This document shows positions 24,955-37,445 of a stretch of 64,000 nt of DNA, piece by piece. A program made the translations under genes and the position numbers. Source of the stretch: an uncultured delta proteobacterium (GTDB lineage Bacteria > Myxococcota_A > Polyangia > Haliangiales > Haliangiaceae); assembly GCA_963848295.1 (NCBI GenBank), contig CAWKDB010000002.1, positions 256,001-320,000 on the forward strand. The letters run 5' to 3'. Numbering within the stretch: the stretch's first letter is position 1; each line of letters begins with the position of its first letter. The notes beneath the pieces were generated by a model, which made no database searches, was not told the DNA's origin, and was given only the letters and a program-made list of their open reading frames with translations.

Positions 24955-26590
24955 ATCTTCGCGACGTAGTCCTGGACCATGCGGTCCGACGAGAACCGCC
25001 ACTGCGACATCGCGATGCTCGCGCGCATGATCGCGAGCCACGCGCTTGCGATCGCGATACGCCGGCAGCACCTCGCGTCTCGAGCGTGCGGTACAGCAGC
25101 GCGCGATCGCGCTTGTCGACGCGCGCGGCGTCCTTGGCGTCGAACGCGTCGTCTTTCGGGTCGGGGTCGCCGATCTTCCAGCCGGTCACGCCGTGCTCGC
25201 AGCCCTCGGGCCACCAGCCGTCGAGGATCGACAGGTTCGGCACGCCGTTCATCGCCGCCTTCATCCCGCTCGTGCCAGACGCCTCGAGCGGTCGCCGCGG
25301 ATTGTTCAGCCAGATGTCGGCGCCGCGGGTGAGCAGCGCGCCGAGCGTCATGTCGTAGTTCTCGAGGAACACGACGTGGCCGGCATGCGCCTTCGCGGCG
25401 GCGACGAGCTTGCCGACGAGCTGCTTGCCGGCGAGGTCGCGCGGATGCGCCTTGCCCGAGTACACGAGCTGGACGCCGCCCGCGAACAGCTGCCGCGAGC
25501 GCCTCAGCGATCGCCGAGGATGAGATCGGCGCGCTTGTACGCCGGCCGCGCGGCGCGCGAAACCGATCAGCAGCTTGTCGGCGGCGAGCGTCGCGCCGGT
25601 GCGCTTCCCGATCTCGGCGATCAACTCGGCCTTCATCGCGCTGTGCGCTGCCCACAGCTCGCGATCTTGCTGCGCGCGCGGCTTCTCGACGACGAGCGCG
25701 GCGCGGATCCGCGCGTCCTGCCAGGTCGGCACGTGCACGCCGTTCGTGATCGCGACGATCGGCGCGGCGCCGCGCACCCGCTTCCACATCTTGCGCGCGG
25801 TCTCGGCGTGCAGCTCGGCGACGCCATTCGCCAAGCGCGCGAGCCGCAGCCCGGCGACCGTCATCGAGAACGGATCGCCGCCGACCTTGACCAGCTCGCT
25901 TGGCGCTGAACCCGACGTTCGCGCCGAGCTTCTCCATCAGCGCGAGGTCGTGGGTCTCGTTGCCCGCCGGCACCGGCGTGTGCGTCGTGAACACGACGTG
26001 CTGGCGCAGCTTCGCGATCTTTTCGTCGAGCGTCTTGCCGCCGTAACGCGCCTGGCGCAGCAGCTCGAGCCCGGCGAACACCGCGTGGCCTTCGTTGAAG
26101 TGAAACACGTCGACCGGCTCGCCGAGCGCGTCGAGCAGGCGCACGCCGCCGACCCCGAGCACGATCTCCTGCGCGAGCCGATCGGTCGTCGTCGCCGCCG
26201 TACAGCCGTTGCGTGATCCAGCGGTCGGCCGGCGCGCTCCGGCTCGAGCAGGTACAGCGTCCGACGTGATGAACCGCTCGACCTTCCAGGCGCGCAGCGG
26301 CACCTTCTTGCCGCGCACCGTGACGTCGATCTTGACGTCGATACGCCGCACCGCGTCGCGCGAGGTCTGCGGATACTCGTCCTTGACCGCTGCCCTTGGC
26401 CGAGATCATCTGGCGCGATATAGCCCTCGTCCCACAGGATCCCGATGCCGGTCAGCGGTACGTGGAGGTCGCCGACCGACTTCATGTGGTCGCCGGCGAG
26501 GATGCCGAGGCCGCCGGCATAAATCGCGAAAGCAGGATCGAGCCCGTACTCCATGCAGAAGTACGCGACGCGCTGAGCTTTTGCTGCCAC
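24923..26590 (-). CDS. glgP: Alpha-glucan (glycogen) phosphorylase, multiply frameshifted (end approximate)
   Basis: AYFCMEYGL..YAGGLGILAGD, HFNEGH, VFTTHTPVPAG, ITNGVH, GFARR, GKAHP, EASGTSGMKAAMNG (PLP site), LDGWWPEG. Confidence 0.92.
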
Positions 26591-26675
26591 GCGCGAAAAG
26601 TGCCCGGCCGTGACGCGCGCCGCAAGCCCCGAGGCCGATCGAACGATCGGCTGTCCGCCGCGCAGCGAAGGATGG

Positions 26676-26763
26676 CCGACTCATTGGGCCGAGGGGCCCC
26701 GTTCGTGGGGCGGGGTTGCCAAAAGCAACGCGGTCCGGCCCCGTAACGGGGTGCCCTCGGCTC
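26676..26763. repeat. Long imperfect intergenic hairpin
   Basis: GGCCGAGGGGCCCCGTTCGTGGGGC pairs with GCCCCGTAACGGGGTGCCCTCGGCT; inner GTTGC-CAAAA-GCAAC stem-loop. Confidence 0.6.
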
Positions 26764-26809
26764 GGGCGAAATCTGGCCGTATCTCCGACTCCCAGGTACA
26801 CAATGAATG

Positions 26810-27353
26810 GATGAAGGCTCGCGCGACTGCGCGGAACAAGGGCCCGGCGGTCTCCGCCGAGGATCGCGACCTGTTCCTCAGCGCGGTCGCCGATGCCAAG
26901 CCGATCGCCGCCCGCGATCGCGTCGCCCCGCCGATCACGCCGCCCTCGCCGCGGCCACGTGCGCCCGAGGTGCCGGCCGAACGCGCGCTCGCGGTCGAAG
27001 CCGACGGCGGTCGTTACGCCGCGCGTGGTCCGGGCGTCTCGCGCGCCCAGATCGCAGAGCTGCGCGCCGGCCGCGTCCGAGCCGAAGCGACGCTCGACCT
27101 GCACGGCTCGAAGGTCGAGCGCGGGCTCGCCGAGCTGCGCGCGTTTCTGGTCGAGGCCGACCGAATCGGCCGGCGCTGCGTGCTCGTGGTCCACGGCAAG
27201 GGCTTGCACTCCGAGGTCGGCGCGCCGTTGCGCGAAGCAGTGCTTGCCGAGCTGCTCGGTCCGCTGTCGGGGCTGGTCCACGCGTTCGCCTCCGCGGCGA
27301 ACCCCGACGGCGGCGAAGGCGCGACCTACGTCGCGTTGCGAGTCAAGCGATGA
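26810..27353 (+). CDS. Smr/MutS2 domain protein (start approximate)
   Basis: ATLDLHG, CVLVVHGKGLHS, AFASA..DGGEGATYVAL. Confidence 0.9.
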
Positions 27354-29074
27354 GCCGCCGCGCGCTCGCGATCGGCCTGTGCGCCGCGCTCGCCGCGACC
27401 GCGTCGGCCGCGCCCGGCGCTGGCAGAACCCGCACTACGGCGAGCTTGCCCGCGGTCAGAGCGGCGGTGCCCGGTGCCCTGAGCCACGACGGCGCGCACG
27501 CCCGCGTCGCGTTCAGCGTCGCCGGCGCGCTGCGCCCCGCCCGCGAGGTCGTCGGCCGGCGCGAAGAGCCGCTAACTCCGGAAGAGGCCACCGCAAAGCA
27601 GATCGAGAAGGTGCTGCGCGGGCCGTTGCGTTACGGCGTCACCGGGTTGTTCGTCGCGGACGCGCGCACCGGCGAGCCGCTGTTCGCGGTCAACGCCGAC
27701 GACCCGCTGAACCCCGCCTCGAACATCAAGATGATCTCGACCGCGACCGCGCTCGAGCTCCTCGGCCCGACGTTCCGCTATCCGACCCGGTTGCTCGGCG
27801 CGACGCCCGATCCGGACGGCGCGGTGCACGGCGATGTCTACTTGCTCGGCAGCTGGGATCCGACGCTTGTCGCCGCCGACCTCGACGACATCGCGCACCA
27901 GCTCGTCGATCGCGGCGTGCACTCGCTCGACGGCGATGTCGTCGTCGGCAGCGACCCGACGCGCGACGGCGTGTTTCGCGCGAGCGTACCGATCGCGGTC
28001 AAGGCCGGCGCCCCCGGGCAGCTCGCGATCGCATCGGCGCCCGCCGGGTTCGATCTCGTCGCACTCACCGTCACCGCGAAGACCGGCGCGCACCCCGGTC
28101 GGCCGCACCTGACGTACAAGTCGACGACGACGCCCGATCACAAGCTCGCGCTCGAGATCGGCGGCACGATCGGCGCCGGCGGCGAGACGACCTACAACTT
28201 CGTGACGACCGAGCGCACCGCCGACGCCGCATACGCGCTGCGCGCCGCGCTCCGCGCCTACGGCATCGCGGTCACCGGCGGCGTCAAGGTCGCCGAGCTC
28301 GACGAGTTCGTCGCGCATGCGGCGATCGGTGGCGCACTACCGGCCGAGCTCGGTCGCCACGAGTCGGCGATGCTTTCGGACATCGTCGCGCACGTCAACA
28401 AGTGGAGCATCAACTGGCTCGCCGATCGCGTCGTGATGACCGCGGCGGCGCTGTCCCGCCATCAAGCCCCGTCGATGGCGCTCGCGCTCGATGCGATGTA
28501 CGGCTGGCTCGAGCGCCACGCGCACGTCGCGAAGGCCAACGCGACGATCGATACGGGCTCGGGCCTGTCGTATCACACCCGGATCAGCGCGCACGAGCTC
28601 GTCGAGGTCGTGCGCAGCGCCGCCGGCTTCGCCGATGACTCCGACCCGGATCAGGCGCGGGCATGGCTCGCGTCGCTGTCGATCGCCGGTAACGACGGGA
28701 CGCTGCGCCGTCGCTTCAAGACGCCCGCGGTCCGCGGCAAGCTTCACGGCAAGACCGGCACGCTGTCGACCGTGATCGCGCTCTCGGGTGTGCTCGAGGT
28801 CGATCCGGATCGCCCGCTCGTGCTCTCGATCGTCACGAACGGCGATGCGCCGCTGTCGGCGGCGTACACGCGCAAAGCGCACGAGCAGCTCGTTGACCTC
28901 GTCTGCAGCTACCTCGCGAAGACCGCGAAGCACCACGTCGCGGCGCCGCCGCCCGCGGTCGTGCTCCCGCCGCCGCCGCCGCCGGTCGCGAAGCCCGCGC
29001 TGCCCGACGATCTCGAAGACGCGGTCGACGACCCGGCGCTCGATCACGAGACCGCCGGCTCGGCCGCGCCGTGA
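27350..29074 (+). CDS. dacB: D-Ala-D-Ala carboxypeptidase/endopeptidase (PBP4, peptidase S13)
   Basis: Signal peptide; PASNIK (SxxK), SIN (SxN), GSGLS, KTGTL; ATGA overlap with Smr gene. Confidence 0.9.
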   Translation: MSRRALAIGLCAALAATASAAPGAGRTRTTASLPAVRAAVPGALSHDGAHARVAFSVAGALRPAREVVGRREEPLTPEEATAKQIEKVLRGPLRYGVTGLFVADARTGEPLFAVNADDPLNPASNIKMISTATALELLGPTFRYPTRLLGATPDPDGAVHGDVYLLGSWDPTLVAADLDDIAHQLVDRGVHSLDGDVVVGSDPTRDGVFRASVPIAVKAGAPGQLAIASAPAGFDLVALTVTAKTGAHPGRPHLTYKSTTTPDHKLALEIGGTIGAGGETTYNFVTTERTADAAYALRAALRAYGIAVTGGVKVAELDEFVAHAAIGGALPAELGRHESAMLSDIVAHVNKWSINWLADRVVMTAAALSRHQAPSMALALDAMYGWLERHAHVAKANATIDTGSGLSYHTRISAHELVEVVRSAAGFADDSDPDQARAWLASLSIAGNDGTLRRRFKTPAVRGKLHGKTGTLSTVIALSGVLEVDPDRPLVLSIVTNGDAPLSAAYTRKAHEQLVDLVCSYLAKTAKHHVAAPPPAVVLPPPPPPVAKPALPDDLEDAVDDPALDHETAGSAAP

Positions 29075-29091
29075 CGTGATCCGCGTTCGCC

Positions 29092-30074
29092 CTACTTCTT
29101 GACGAACCGCAGCACGAACCGATCGCTCGTGCCGCGCTTGTCCCCGGCCGCTCTCGGCGACGAGTTCCAGTCGCGCTTGTCTTCCTTGTTGCGCAGCACG
29201 TCGCTCTCGGCATCGAGCTTGAAGCCGGCGGCGAGCACTTCCTTCTTCACGACCGCTTCGTCGATGCGGTGCAGCGTGTCGGTGTCCTTCGTGCCCGAGC
29301 CGTCCGGCGCGCTGTGAGTCCTCGATGTCGTAATACGCCGCCCTTCTTGAGGTGCGCGAACACCGCCTTGTTCATCTTCGCGCGATCGGTCTTGTCGTTG
29401 ACGAGGTCGTGATAGTTGAGGATGCACACGACCGCATCGAGGTTCTTCGCGTCGGCGGGGAACGGATCCTCGTTCGCCGATTCGACGAGCTGGGTGTTCT
29501 TCATCTCCGGCTTCTCGAGCCGCGCCTCGAGCGGCTTGCGCGCGAACTTGTCGAGCATCTCCTTCGTGTTCTGCGCCCACACGTGGCCCTTGTCGCCGAC
29601 GATCCGCGCGATCAGCTCGGTCGAGTAGCCGCCGGGCCCGGCGAAGATCTCGCCGACCTTGTCACCGGGAGCGATCTTGAAGAACGCGAACACCTCGCCC
29701 GGCTTGCGACCGGCATCGAGCGCGCGATCCTTGTCGCTCCGATCGGTCGCGGCGATCGCGGCCTTGATCGGCTCGGGCACACTGGCTGCGGGCGTGTACG
29801 GCGGCACGACGATCGCCGCCTCCGCCGAGCCCGAGCCGGCCATCGCCGAGCCCGAGCCGGCCATCGCCGAGCCCGAGCCGGCCATCGCCGAGCCCGAGCC
29901 GGCCATCGCCGAGCCCGAGCCGGTGGTGGCGGCCATCCCGTTCGCAGATCCGGCCCCCGTCGTCGTGGCGCTGCCCGAGCCCTGCTCGGCCGCCGCGGTT
30001 GCGGGTGCTTTCTTCTTACAACCGCTCGCGCCGACCGCGAGAGCGAACAAACCAAGAGCGAGGTACTTTTTCAT
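29092..30074 (-). CDS. SAM-dependent methyltransferase-like lipoprotein (COG4798-like), frameshifted near 29320-29340
   Basis: ASGC lipobox; DAGRKPGEV..PGDKVGE..GGYSTE, NYHD, LKKGG, LHRID, AAGFKL..LRNKED, SDRFVLRFVK. Confidence 0.82.
29824..29923 (-). repeat. 21-bp coding tandem repeat (4 full copies plus a partial) encoding MAGSGSA
   Basis: GCCGAGCCCGAGCCGGCCATC repeated exactly on the + strand. Confidence 0.95.
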
Positions 30075-30118
30075 GCCCGCACGGTACCGCCACTCCGTCA
30101 GAGAAATTTCGATCCGGA

Positions 30119-32080
<1,962 letters not shown>

Positions 32081-32090
32081 GGCAGCTCCT

Positions 32091-32495
32091 TCAGGGCGTG
32101 GCGATCACGGCGATCGCTTCGATCTCGACCTTGGCATCGCGTGGCAGCCGCGCCGCCTGCACCGTCGAGCGCGCGGGCGGATCGTTCTGGAACTTCTCGC
32201 CGTAGATCGCGTTGACCGTGGCGAAGTCATCCATGCTCGGCGAGAAAGATCGTCGTCTTGACGATGTCGGCGAAGCTCGCGCCCGACGGCGGCGAGCACC
32301 GCGCCGAGGTTGGCGAGGACCTGGCGAGTCTGCGCCGCGACGTCGCCCTCGACCATGCCGCCGGTCGCCGGATCGAGCGCGATCTGGCCGCTGGTGAACA
32401 CCCACCGCTTGTCGACGGCGCGTCACCATCATCGCCTGCGAATACGGCCCGATCGCGGCCGGCGCCTCGGCGGTCCGCACGACTTTGCGCTGCAT
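32091..32495 (-). CDS. ridA: RidA/YjgF family reactive-intermediate deaminase, frameshifted
   Basis: [62 protein letters not shown]. Confidence 0.9.
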   Translation of the reverse strand: MQRKVVRTAEAPAAIGPYSQAMMVTRRRQAVGVHQRPDRARSGDRRHGRGRRRGADSPGPRQPRRGARRRRARASPTSSRRRSFSPSMDDFATVNAIYGEKFQNDPPARSTVQAARLPRDAKVEIEAIAVIATP

Positions 32496-32562
32496 GTCTG
32501 CGTCGTACCACAGGACGCCCTTGACGCCTCGGCCCCGCGCGTTGCTACACACGAAATCCACC

Positions 32563-32634
32563 GGGCGCTTAACTCAGCGGGAGAGTGGTTCCTTCACACG
32601 GAACAAGTCGCAGGTTCAATCCCTGCAGCGCCCA
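32563..32634 (+). tRNA. tRNA-Val, anticodon CAC (CCA not encoded)
   Basis: Cloverleaf: acceptor GGGCGCT/AGCGCCC, D stem ACTC/GAGT, anticodon stem GTTCC/GGAAC with loop TTCACAC, T arm GCAGG-TTCAATC-CCTGC, discriminator A. Confidence 0.96.
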
Positions 32635-32645
32635 CGATTTTTCGT

Positions 32646-33524
32646 CTACTTACACTCCGGCGGCGGCGTCACGATCGTGTGGCCGCCGGTCGCGACGTCG
32701 ACGAGGGCGACCGAGCCGTCGGCGCGCGCGATCGCGACGTGGCCGTCTCGCGTTAGCGCGGTCTCCACGGCTGAGACCGCCAGATCGCGCGATGGCGGCG
32801 GACCGAACACGGCGACGAGCTTCGTGCGGTTGCCGAGCTTGTCGCGAACATCGAGGCTCTCGCCAAATGCAGTCGCGACGACGATGGTGCCGCCGGCGAG
32901 CGCGAGCGGCGGCACGCGCGGTACGTCGCCGAGGTCTGCGATCTTCGCGCCCTTGGTGTCGAACACGCGCAGCTCGGCTTTGTCACCGGCGTGCATCTCG
33001 ACGTAGATCCGATCGCCGTAGAACCAGATCCCGTCGAACGACCAGCCTTCGCAATTGACGCACGCACGCCACGACGCGATCGTGCCGCGCTTGCCGCCCT
33101 TGCTGTCGAACAGCGTCACCGTTTCCCAGTTCACCGCGGCGATCAGCGAGCGGTCCGCGTTCGCGACCGCCCAGGTCTCGTCGAGCGTGTCGACCGGAGC
33201 GGGCGGAACCACGAAATCGCGGCAGTCGTTGCCGTCGGTGCCGCACACGTTGACGGTCATGCCGACGGTGACGCCGGGGATCGGCGTGCGATGAAACGCC
33301 GGGTACGACGTGCGCCTGGCAGCCGGCTTCCACGCCGGGGACTTCGCGTCGACGTCGAGCGTGAAGCAGGAAGACGGGTCCTGCCAGCACAGCCGCAGCG
33401 TGTGCGCGTCGAGTCGCTCCATGATCTCGATCGATGCGTGCCGGCCGTAGCAAGCGGGCGGCTTGGCCGACGCCGGCGCGCAGACCCACGTGACGACCGC
33501 GAGCGCGACGAGCGCGCGCCTCAT
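32646..33524 (-). CDS. Secreted Cys-containing beta-rich protein, paralog of the upstream gene
   Basis: Signal peptide MRRALVALAVVTWVCAPASA; VCGTDGNDCRD motif; ATGA overlap. Confidence 0.75.
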   Translation of the reverse strand: MRRALVALAVVTWVCAPASAKPPACYGRHASIEIMERLDAHTLRLCWQDPSSCFTLDVDAKSPAWKPAARRTSYPAFHRTPIPGVTVGMTVNVCGTDGNDCRDFVVPPAPVDTLDETWAVANADRSLIAAVNWETVTLFDSKGGKRGTIASWRACVNCEGWSFDGIWFYGDRIYVEMHAGDKAELRVFDTKGAKIADLGDVPRVPPLALAGGTIVVATAFGESLDVRDKLGNRTKLVAVFGPPPSRDLAVSAVETALTRDGHVAIARADGSVALVDVATGGHTIVTPPPECK

Positions 33525-34390
33525 TTCGGACACAGCGGTGGCAGGTAGCGGCGCGGCTGCTTCGTCGCCAGGTCGTACACGACGATGCCGCTCGCCGCGT
33601 CGCCGCGTGCGGCGAGGAACAGCTGCTTGTCGGTCGTGCGGAACGCGACGGACGAGCCGCGGGTCGAGTCGGTCACGCCGGGGCCGGGCAGCGAGATCGG
33701 TGTGCGCAGCTTGCCGGTCTTCGCGCTCGCGACGATCAACACGTCGCCGTCTTCGCGCGGGAACGCCCAGTCGCCGCCGCCCAGCTCGATCGGATCGCCG
33801 ATGATCGCGGGGGCGATGATCGCGAGCTGCTTGCCGGTGGCGCCGTCGAACAAGCGGACCTCGTCCGAGACCGGCGAGCTCGCCTCGTAGATCGCGAGGT
33901 TGCCGCCGACGAACGCGCCGCCTCGGATGGTGTTCCCGTCGGGATCGTACTTGGACTTCCATGGCGGAATCGTCACGACGAGCCTGCGGGTCGCGCCGTC
34001 ATAGACGTAGACCGAGCTGCCTTGGCCCAGGATCGCGACGCGCGCGCGGTCGGGCGTCTGCAGGGTCTCGAGGTTGCCGAAGGTCCACGCCCCAGGTAGA
34101 TCGATCTCGCGGCAGTCGGTCCCGTCCGGCGCGCACACGTGGATGTTGGCGGTGGTCTTCGGCTCCGCGGCCTTCGCCGGCTGCGCGGTGTCGGCCGGCA
34201 GCGGCGCGTGAGGGCCCCACTGGCGGGCGGCGAGGTCGAAGGCCCAGCACCCACCGGCGTCGAAGCACAGCACGATCGCCTTGTCGGTGGCCTCGGTACG
34301 AGACGCCGCGTCTTCCCGAGCGAGGCAATCGGCGGAGTGCGCTACGCCGCCGGCGCAGGCGACGACGCAGACCGCGACGAGTGCCTTCAT
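33521..34390 (-). CDS. Secreted Cys-containing beta-rich (partial propeller-like) protein
   Basis: Signal peptide MKALVAVCVVACAGGVAHS; VCAPDGTDCRE; repeated xxYDGATxxL / LFDGATGKQL units. Confidence 0.75.
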   Translation of the reverse strand: MKALVAVCVVACAGGVAHSADCLAREDAASRTEATDKAIVLCFDAGGCWAFDLAARQWGPHAPLPADTAQPAKAAEPKTTANIHVCAPDGTDCREIDLPGAWTFGNLETLQTPDRARVAILGQGSSVYVYDGATRRLVVTIPPWKSKYDPDGNTIRGGAFVGGNLAIYEASSPVSDEVRLFDGATGKQLAIIAPAIIGDPIELGGGDWAFPREDGDVLIVASAKTGKLRTPISLPGPGVTDSTRGSSVAFRTTDKQLFLAARGDAASGIVVYDLATKQPRRYLPPLCPK

Positions 34391-34526
34391 CGGCCTAGCA
34401 TAGTCGCGTTCCGAGTCCGCCCGCACCCCGGCGTAACGAACGAGGTCGCCCGGCGATTTCATGCGCGCTCTGCGCCGCCTCGGGGAGTCGGTCGGCAGGT
34501 CGCTCGTGCGCACCAGCGCGGTCGTA

Positions 34527-35153
34527 TCAAAGCGGTCGCTGCGCCCAGGTTGGCGCGGCTCTGGGCGCAGGCTCGAGGTTGGTGAAGTCGGCGACCTCGA
34601 CCTCGCGTCGGCGGATGCGGCGATAGAGTCGGCCGTCCCTCGCGTAGATCAGGCGATCGTCCGGATCGCGGCCCGACCATTCGGCATCAGGTACCTCGCC
34701 GCTCGAGCGCTGGGACTCGGCTTCACCTGCGACGAGGCCGAGCTTGCCCGCATCTAGCCCGCCTGGCGGATGATCAGGATGGAGCCGACTCGTACCGCGT
34801 GTCATCAGGTGGCGGTCATCGACGAATCGCCCTCCGCCGCCATAAGTCGTGCCCATCGGCCACAGCGCCAGCGCGTGCAACCACGGCGGCCGGCTGACGG
34901 CGGTCCACGACGACGTGTAACTAGTCCGCCCCCGGCTGCCTTGATGGGCCGCATAGACAAAGAGCTTCCCATCGGGCGATAGATCGCATTTCTCCTCGTA
35001 GATGCGACCGTGAAACCACGCACCGTGCGCGAAAGCGTCGCGCGTGGTCTCCCACGCGATCAGGTGACACCAGGCACTCGGTCCTCGTCGCAGCACGAGC
35101 GCGAACCGCGCCGCGCGCGCGACGATCACGAACAGGCGTGGTGCGGGGTTCAC
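34527..35153 (-). CDS. Conserved hypothetical protein
   Basis: 208 aa; LRRGPSAW..W..GRIYEEKCDLSPDG..WTAVSRPPWLHAL..GGG. Confidence 0.7.
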   Translation of the reverse strand: MNPAPRLFVIVARAARFALVLRRGPSAWCHLIAWETTRDAFAHGAWFHGRIYEEKCDLSPDGKLFVYAAHQGSRGRTSYTSSWTAVSRPPWLHALALWPMGTTYGGGGRFVDDRHLMTRGTSRLHPDHPPGGLDAGKLGLVAGEAESQRSSGEVPDAEWSGRDPDDRLIYARDGRLYRRIRRREVEVADFTNLEPAPRAAPTWAQRPL

Positions 35154-35277
35154 ATTGGCGATCCTAGCAGTGATGCAATCGCCGCCGACACCGCCTGGCG
35201 TGACGTCCGGTCCTTGATGTCATCGAGGTTCACGCCGCGGAAATCAACGCACCGTGTCCTCGTCGCGGACGGGCCTT

Positions 35278-35628
35278 TCAACGACGCTTGATCCGCAGGA
35301 GCCCGCCTTTGTGGGCATCGCAGTGACGCGTTAGCCACGTTCGCAGGTCGAGCGTCGTCGATCTCGCGGTCGTGTTGTCGTCGAACGGTGAGAACCGCTC
35401 TTCCGTCCCGGCGCGGAACACCCAAGCCATGGCTCCGTAGGGCACGTCCCGGGAGCTGAACGAAGCGCGGTCGTTCGCGAAGTCGACGGAGATCTCGAAC
35501 AACGGCGCCCCCTCCTTCCAGCCGAACTGCGCTCGAAACTTGTCCGGTCCTTCCTCGACCAGCTTGCCGTTAGACCGGAAGCCCGCGACGAGCTTTCGAA
35601 ACCACGCGACCTGTTCGTCACTGGCCAT
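35278..35628 (-). CDS. Hypothetical protein
   Basis: 116 aa; AGGAAG upstream of ATG; plausible codon usage; may extend to ~35150 via a frameshift. Confidence 0.55.
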   Translation of the reverse strand: MASDEQVAWFRKLVAGFRSNGKLVEEGPDKFRAQFGWKEGAPLFEISVDFANDRASFSSRDVPYGAMAWVFRAGTEERFSPFDDNTTARSTTLDLRTWLTRHCDAHKGGLLRIKRR

Positions 35629-35699
35629 GGTTCTTCCTACTACGTCGAAACACCGGACGGAGCGCGCGGTGCGGCGATCCGCGCGTAAGCTTGTCGGCG

Positions 35700-37445
35700 A
35701 TGTCAGGCTTGGACGACACGCTTCCCGAGGTCGATCCCCACGCCACCGAGCGCGCCAGCGTGCCCAGCTACGAGCTCGGCGCGGTGCTCGGCACCGGTGG
35801 GATGGGCGAGGTCCTCTTGGCGCACGACGTGGAGATGGGGCGCGACGTCGCGCTCAAGCGCATGCGCGGCGCGGCGCCGACGCGCGACATGACGGCGCGG
35901 TTCCTGCGCGAGGCCAGGATCCAGGCGCGCCTCGATCACCCCGCGATCGTGCCGGTGCACGCGCTCGGGCGCGACGCGGACGATCGGCCCTACTTCACGA
36001 TGAAGCGACTCGCCGGGATCACGCTCCAGCAATCACTCGAGACTCGCGCGCACCGCCCGCAGAAGTTGCTGCGCGCGTTCGTCGAGGTCTGCCATGCGAT
36101 CGAGGTCGCGCACGAGCGAGGCGTGGTCCACCGCGACCTCAAGCCGGCGAACATCATGCTCGGCGAACGCGGCGAGGTCTACGTGCTCGATTGGGGCGTC
36201 GCGCGCGTGGTCGGCGAGTCCGCTCAGATGACCGATGTGCGGCCGACGGACCCAGCCGGCGATGACGCCGCGACGGCGACCGGTACGCTCCTCGGCACGC
36301 CCGGATACATGGCGCCGGAGCAGGTACGCGGCGAGCTGGTCCAGAACGCCAGCGATGTCTATGCGCTCGGCGCGATCTTGTTCGAGATCCTCGCGGGCGC
36401 GCCGCTGCACCCGCGGGGCGGCGCCGCGCTGGCGACCACGCTCGACGCCGACCGCACGTGCTCGCCGGTGGCTCGCCTGCCCGACGGCAACACCCCTCCC
36501 GAGCTCGACGGGTTGTGCGTGTCGGCGCTCGCGTTCGATCCGGGCGCGCGGCCGTCGGCGCGCGAGCTCGCGGCCGGGGTCGAGAGCTACCTCGACGGTG
36601 ATCGCGATCTCGAGCGGCGGCGCAGGCTCGCGCTCGATCAGCTCGCCGACGCGCGCGCCGCGCTCGCGAGCGGAGACGCCAGCCGGCGCGCCGAAGCGAT
36701 CCGCGCGGCCGGTCGAGCGTTCGTGCTCGACCCCGACAGCGACGATGCGTGCGCGCTGCTCACGCGCCTGACCGTGGCGGCGCCGGAGCTGTTGCCTCCC
36801 GAGCTCGAGCGCGAGCTCGCCGACGTGCAGGTACGCGACGCGCGGCTGCGCAGCCGCCGCGGGTTCTACGCCTACCTGATGTTCCTGCTGTTCGTGCCGC
36901 TGTGGGCCGTGATGCGGGTCCAGCATCCCGGCGTGCTCGCGGTCGTGGTGGGCGCGATCGCGTTGACCCTGGTCGCGCAGCTCGTCAACTGGAAGATCCG
37001 CTACGTGCCGACCGGCGCATTTCTGGCGACCCACTTCGTGACCTGCGTGCTGGTGTCGCGGTTCGCGTCGCCGTTCCTCGTGATGCCGAGCCTGATCGCG
37101 GGCGTCATGCTCGCGATCACCAGCCTGCCGGGCGTGATGAATCGGACCTGGGTCGCGCTGTTGTGGCCCGCGGCCGCGAGCCTCGCGCCGTTCGCGCTCG
37201 AAGCGGTCGGCGTGTTTCACTCGACCTGGTCGATCGGAGATGACGGCGCGGTGATCCTGCACGGGGACGTGTTCGCCTGGCTCGGCAGCGGACCGACGAT
37301 CATCGCCACCGTCATGCTCACCGTGGTGGTCTCGTTCTACGCGCTCGGCATCAACCGCGACCGCTCCGCCGCGCAGCGCGCCGCATATATCCAGGGCTGG
37401 CAGATGCGCCAGCTGCTCCCGCCGAGCTCGGGCGGCGGTCGTTAG
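35700..37445 (+). CDS. Ser/Thr protein kinase with polytopic membrane C-terminus
   Basis: LGTGGMGEV, VALK, HRDLKPAN, DWG, GTPGYMAPEQ; about 5-6 TM segments. Confidence 0.92.
   Translation: MSGLDDTLPEVDPHATERASVPSYELGAVLGTGGMGEVLLAHDVEMGRDVALKRMRGAAPTRDMTARFLREARIQARLDHPAIVPVHALGRDADDRPYFTMKRLAGITLQQSLETRAHRPQKLLRAFVEVCHAIEVAHERGVVHRDLKPANIMLGERGEVYVLDWGVARVVGESAQMTDVRPTDPAGDDAATATGTLLGTPGYMAPEQVRGELVQNASDVYALGAILFEILAGAPLHPRGGAALATTLDADRTCSPVARLPDGNTPPELDGLCVSALAFDPGARPSARELAAGVESYLDGDRDLERRRRLALDQLADARAALASGDASRRAEAIRAAGRAFVLDPDSDDACALLTRLTVAAPELLPPELERELADVQVRDARLRSRRGFYAYLMFLLFVPLWAVMRVQHPGVLAVVVGAIALTLVAQLVNWKIRYVPTGAFLATHFVTCVLVSRFASPFLVMPSLIAGVMLAITSLPGVMNRTWVALLWPAAASLAPFALEAVGVFHSTWSIGDDGAVILHGDVFAWLGSGPTIIATVMLTVVVSFYALGINRDRSAAQRAAYIQGWQMRQLLPPSSGGGR

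Noticed and set aside
32521..32551. Sigma70 promoter for the tRNA (TTGACG ... TACACA)
   Set aside because: 19-bp spacer and a weak -10; plausible but not supportable from sequence alone
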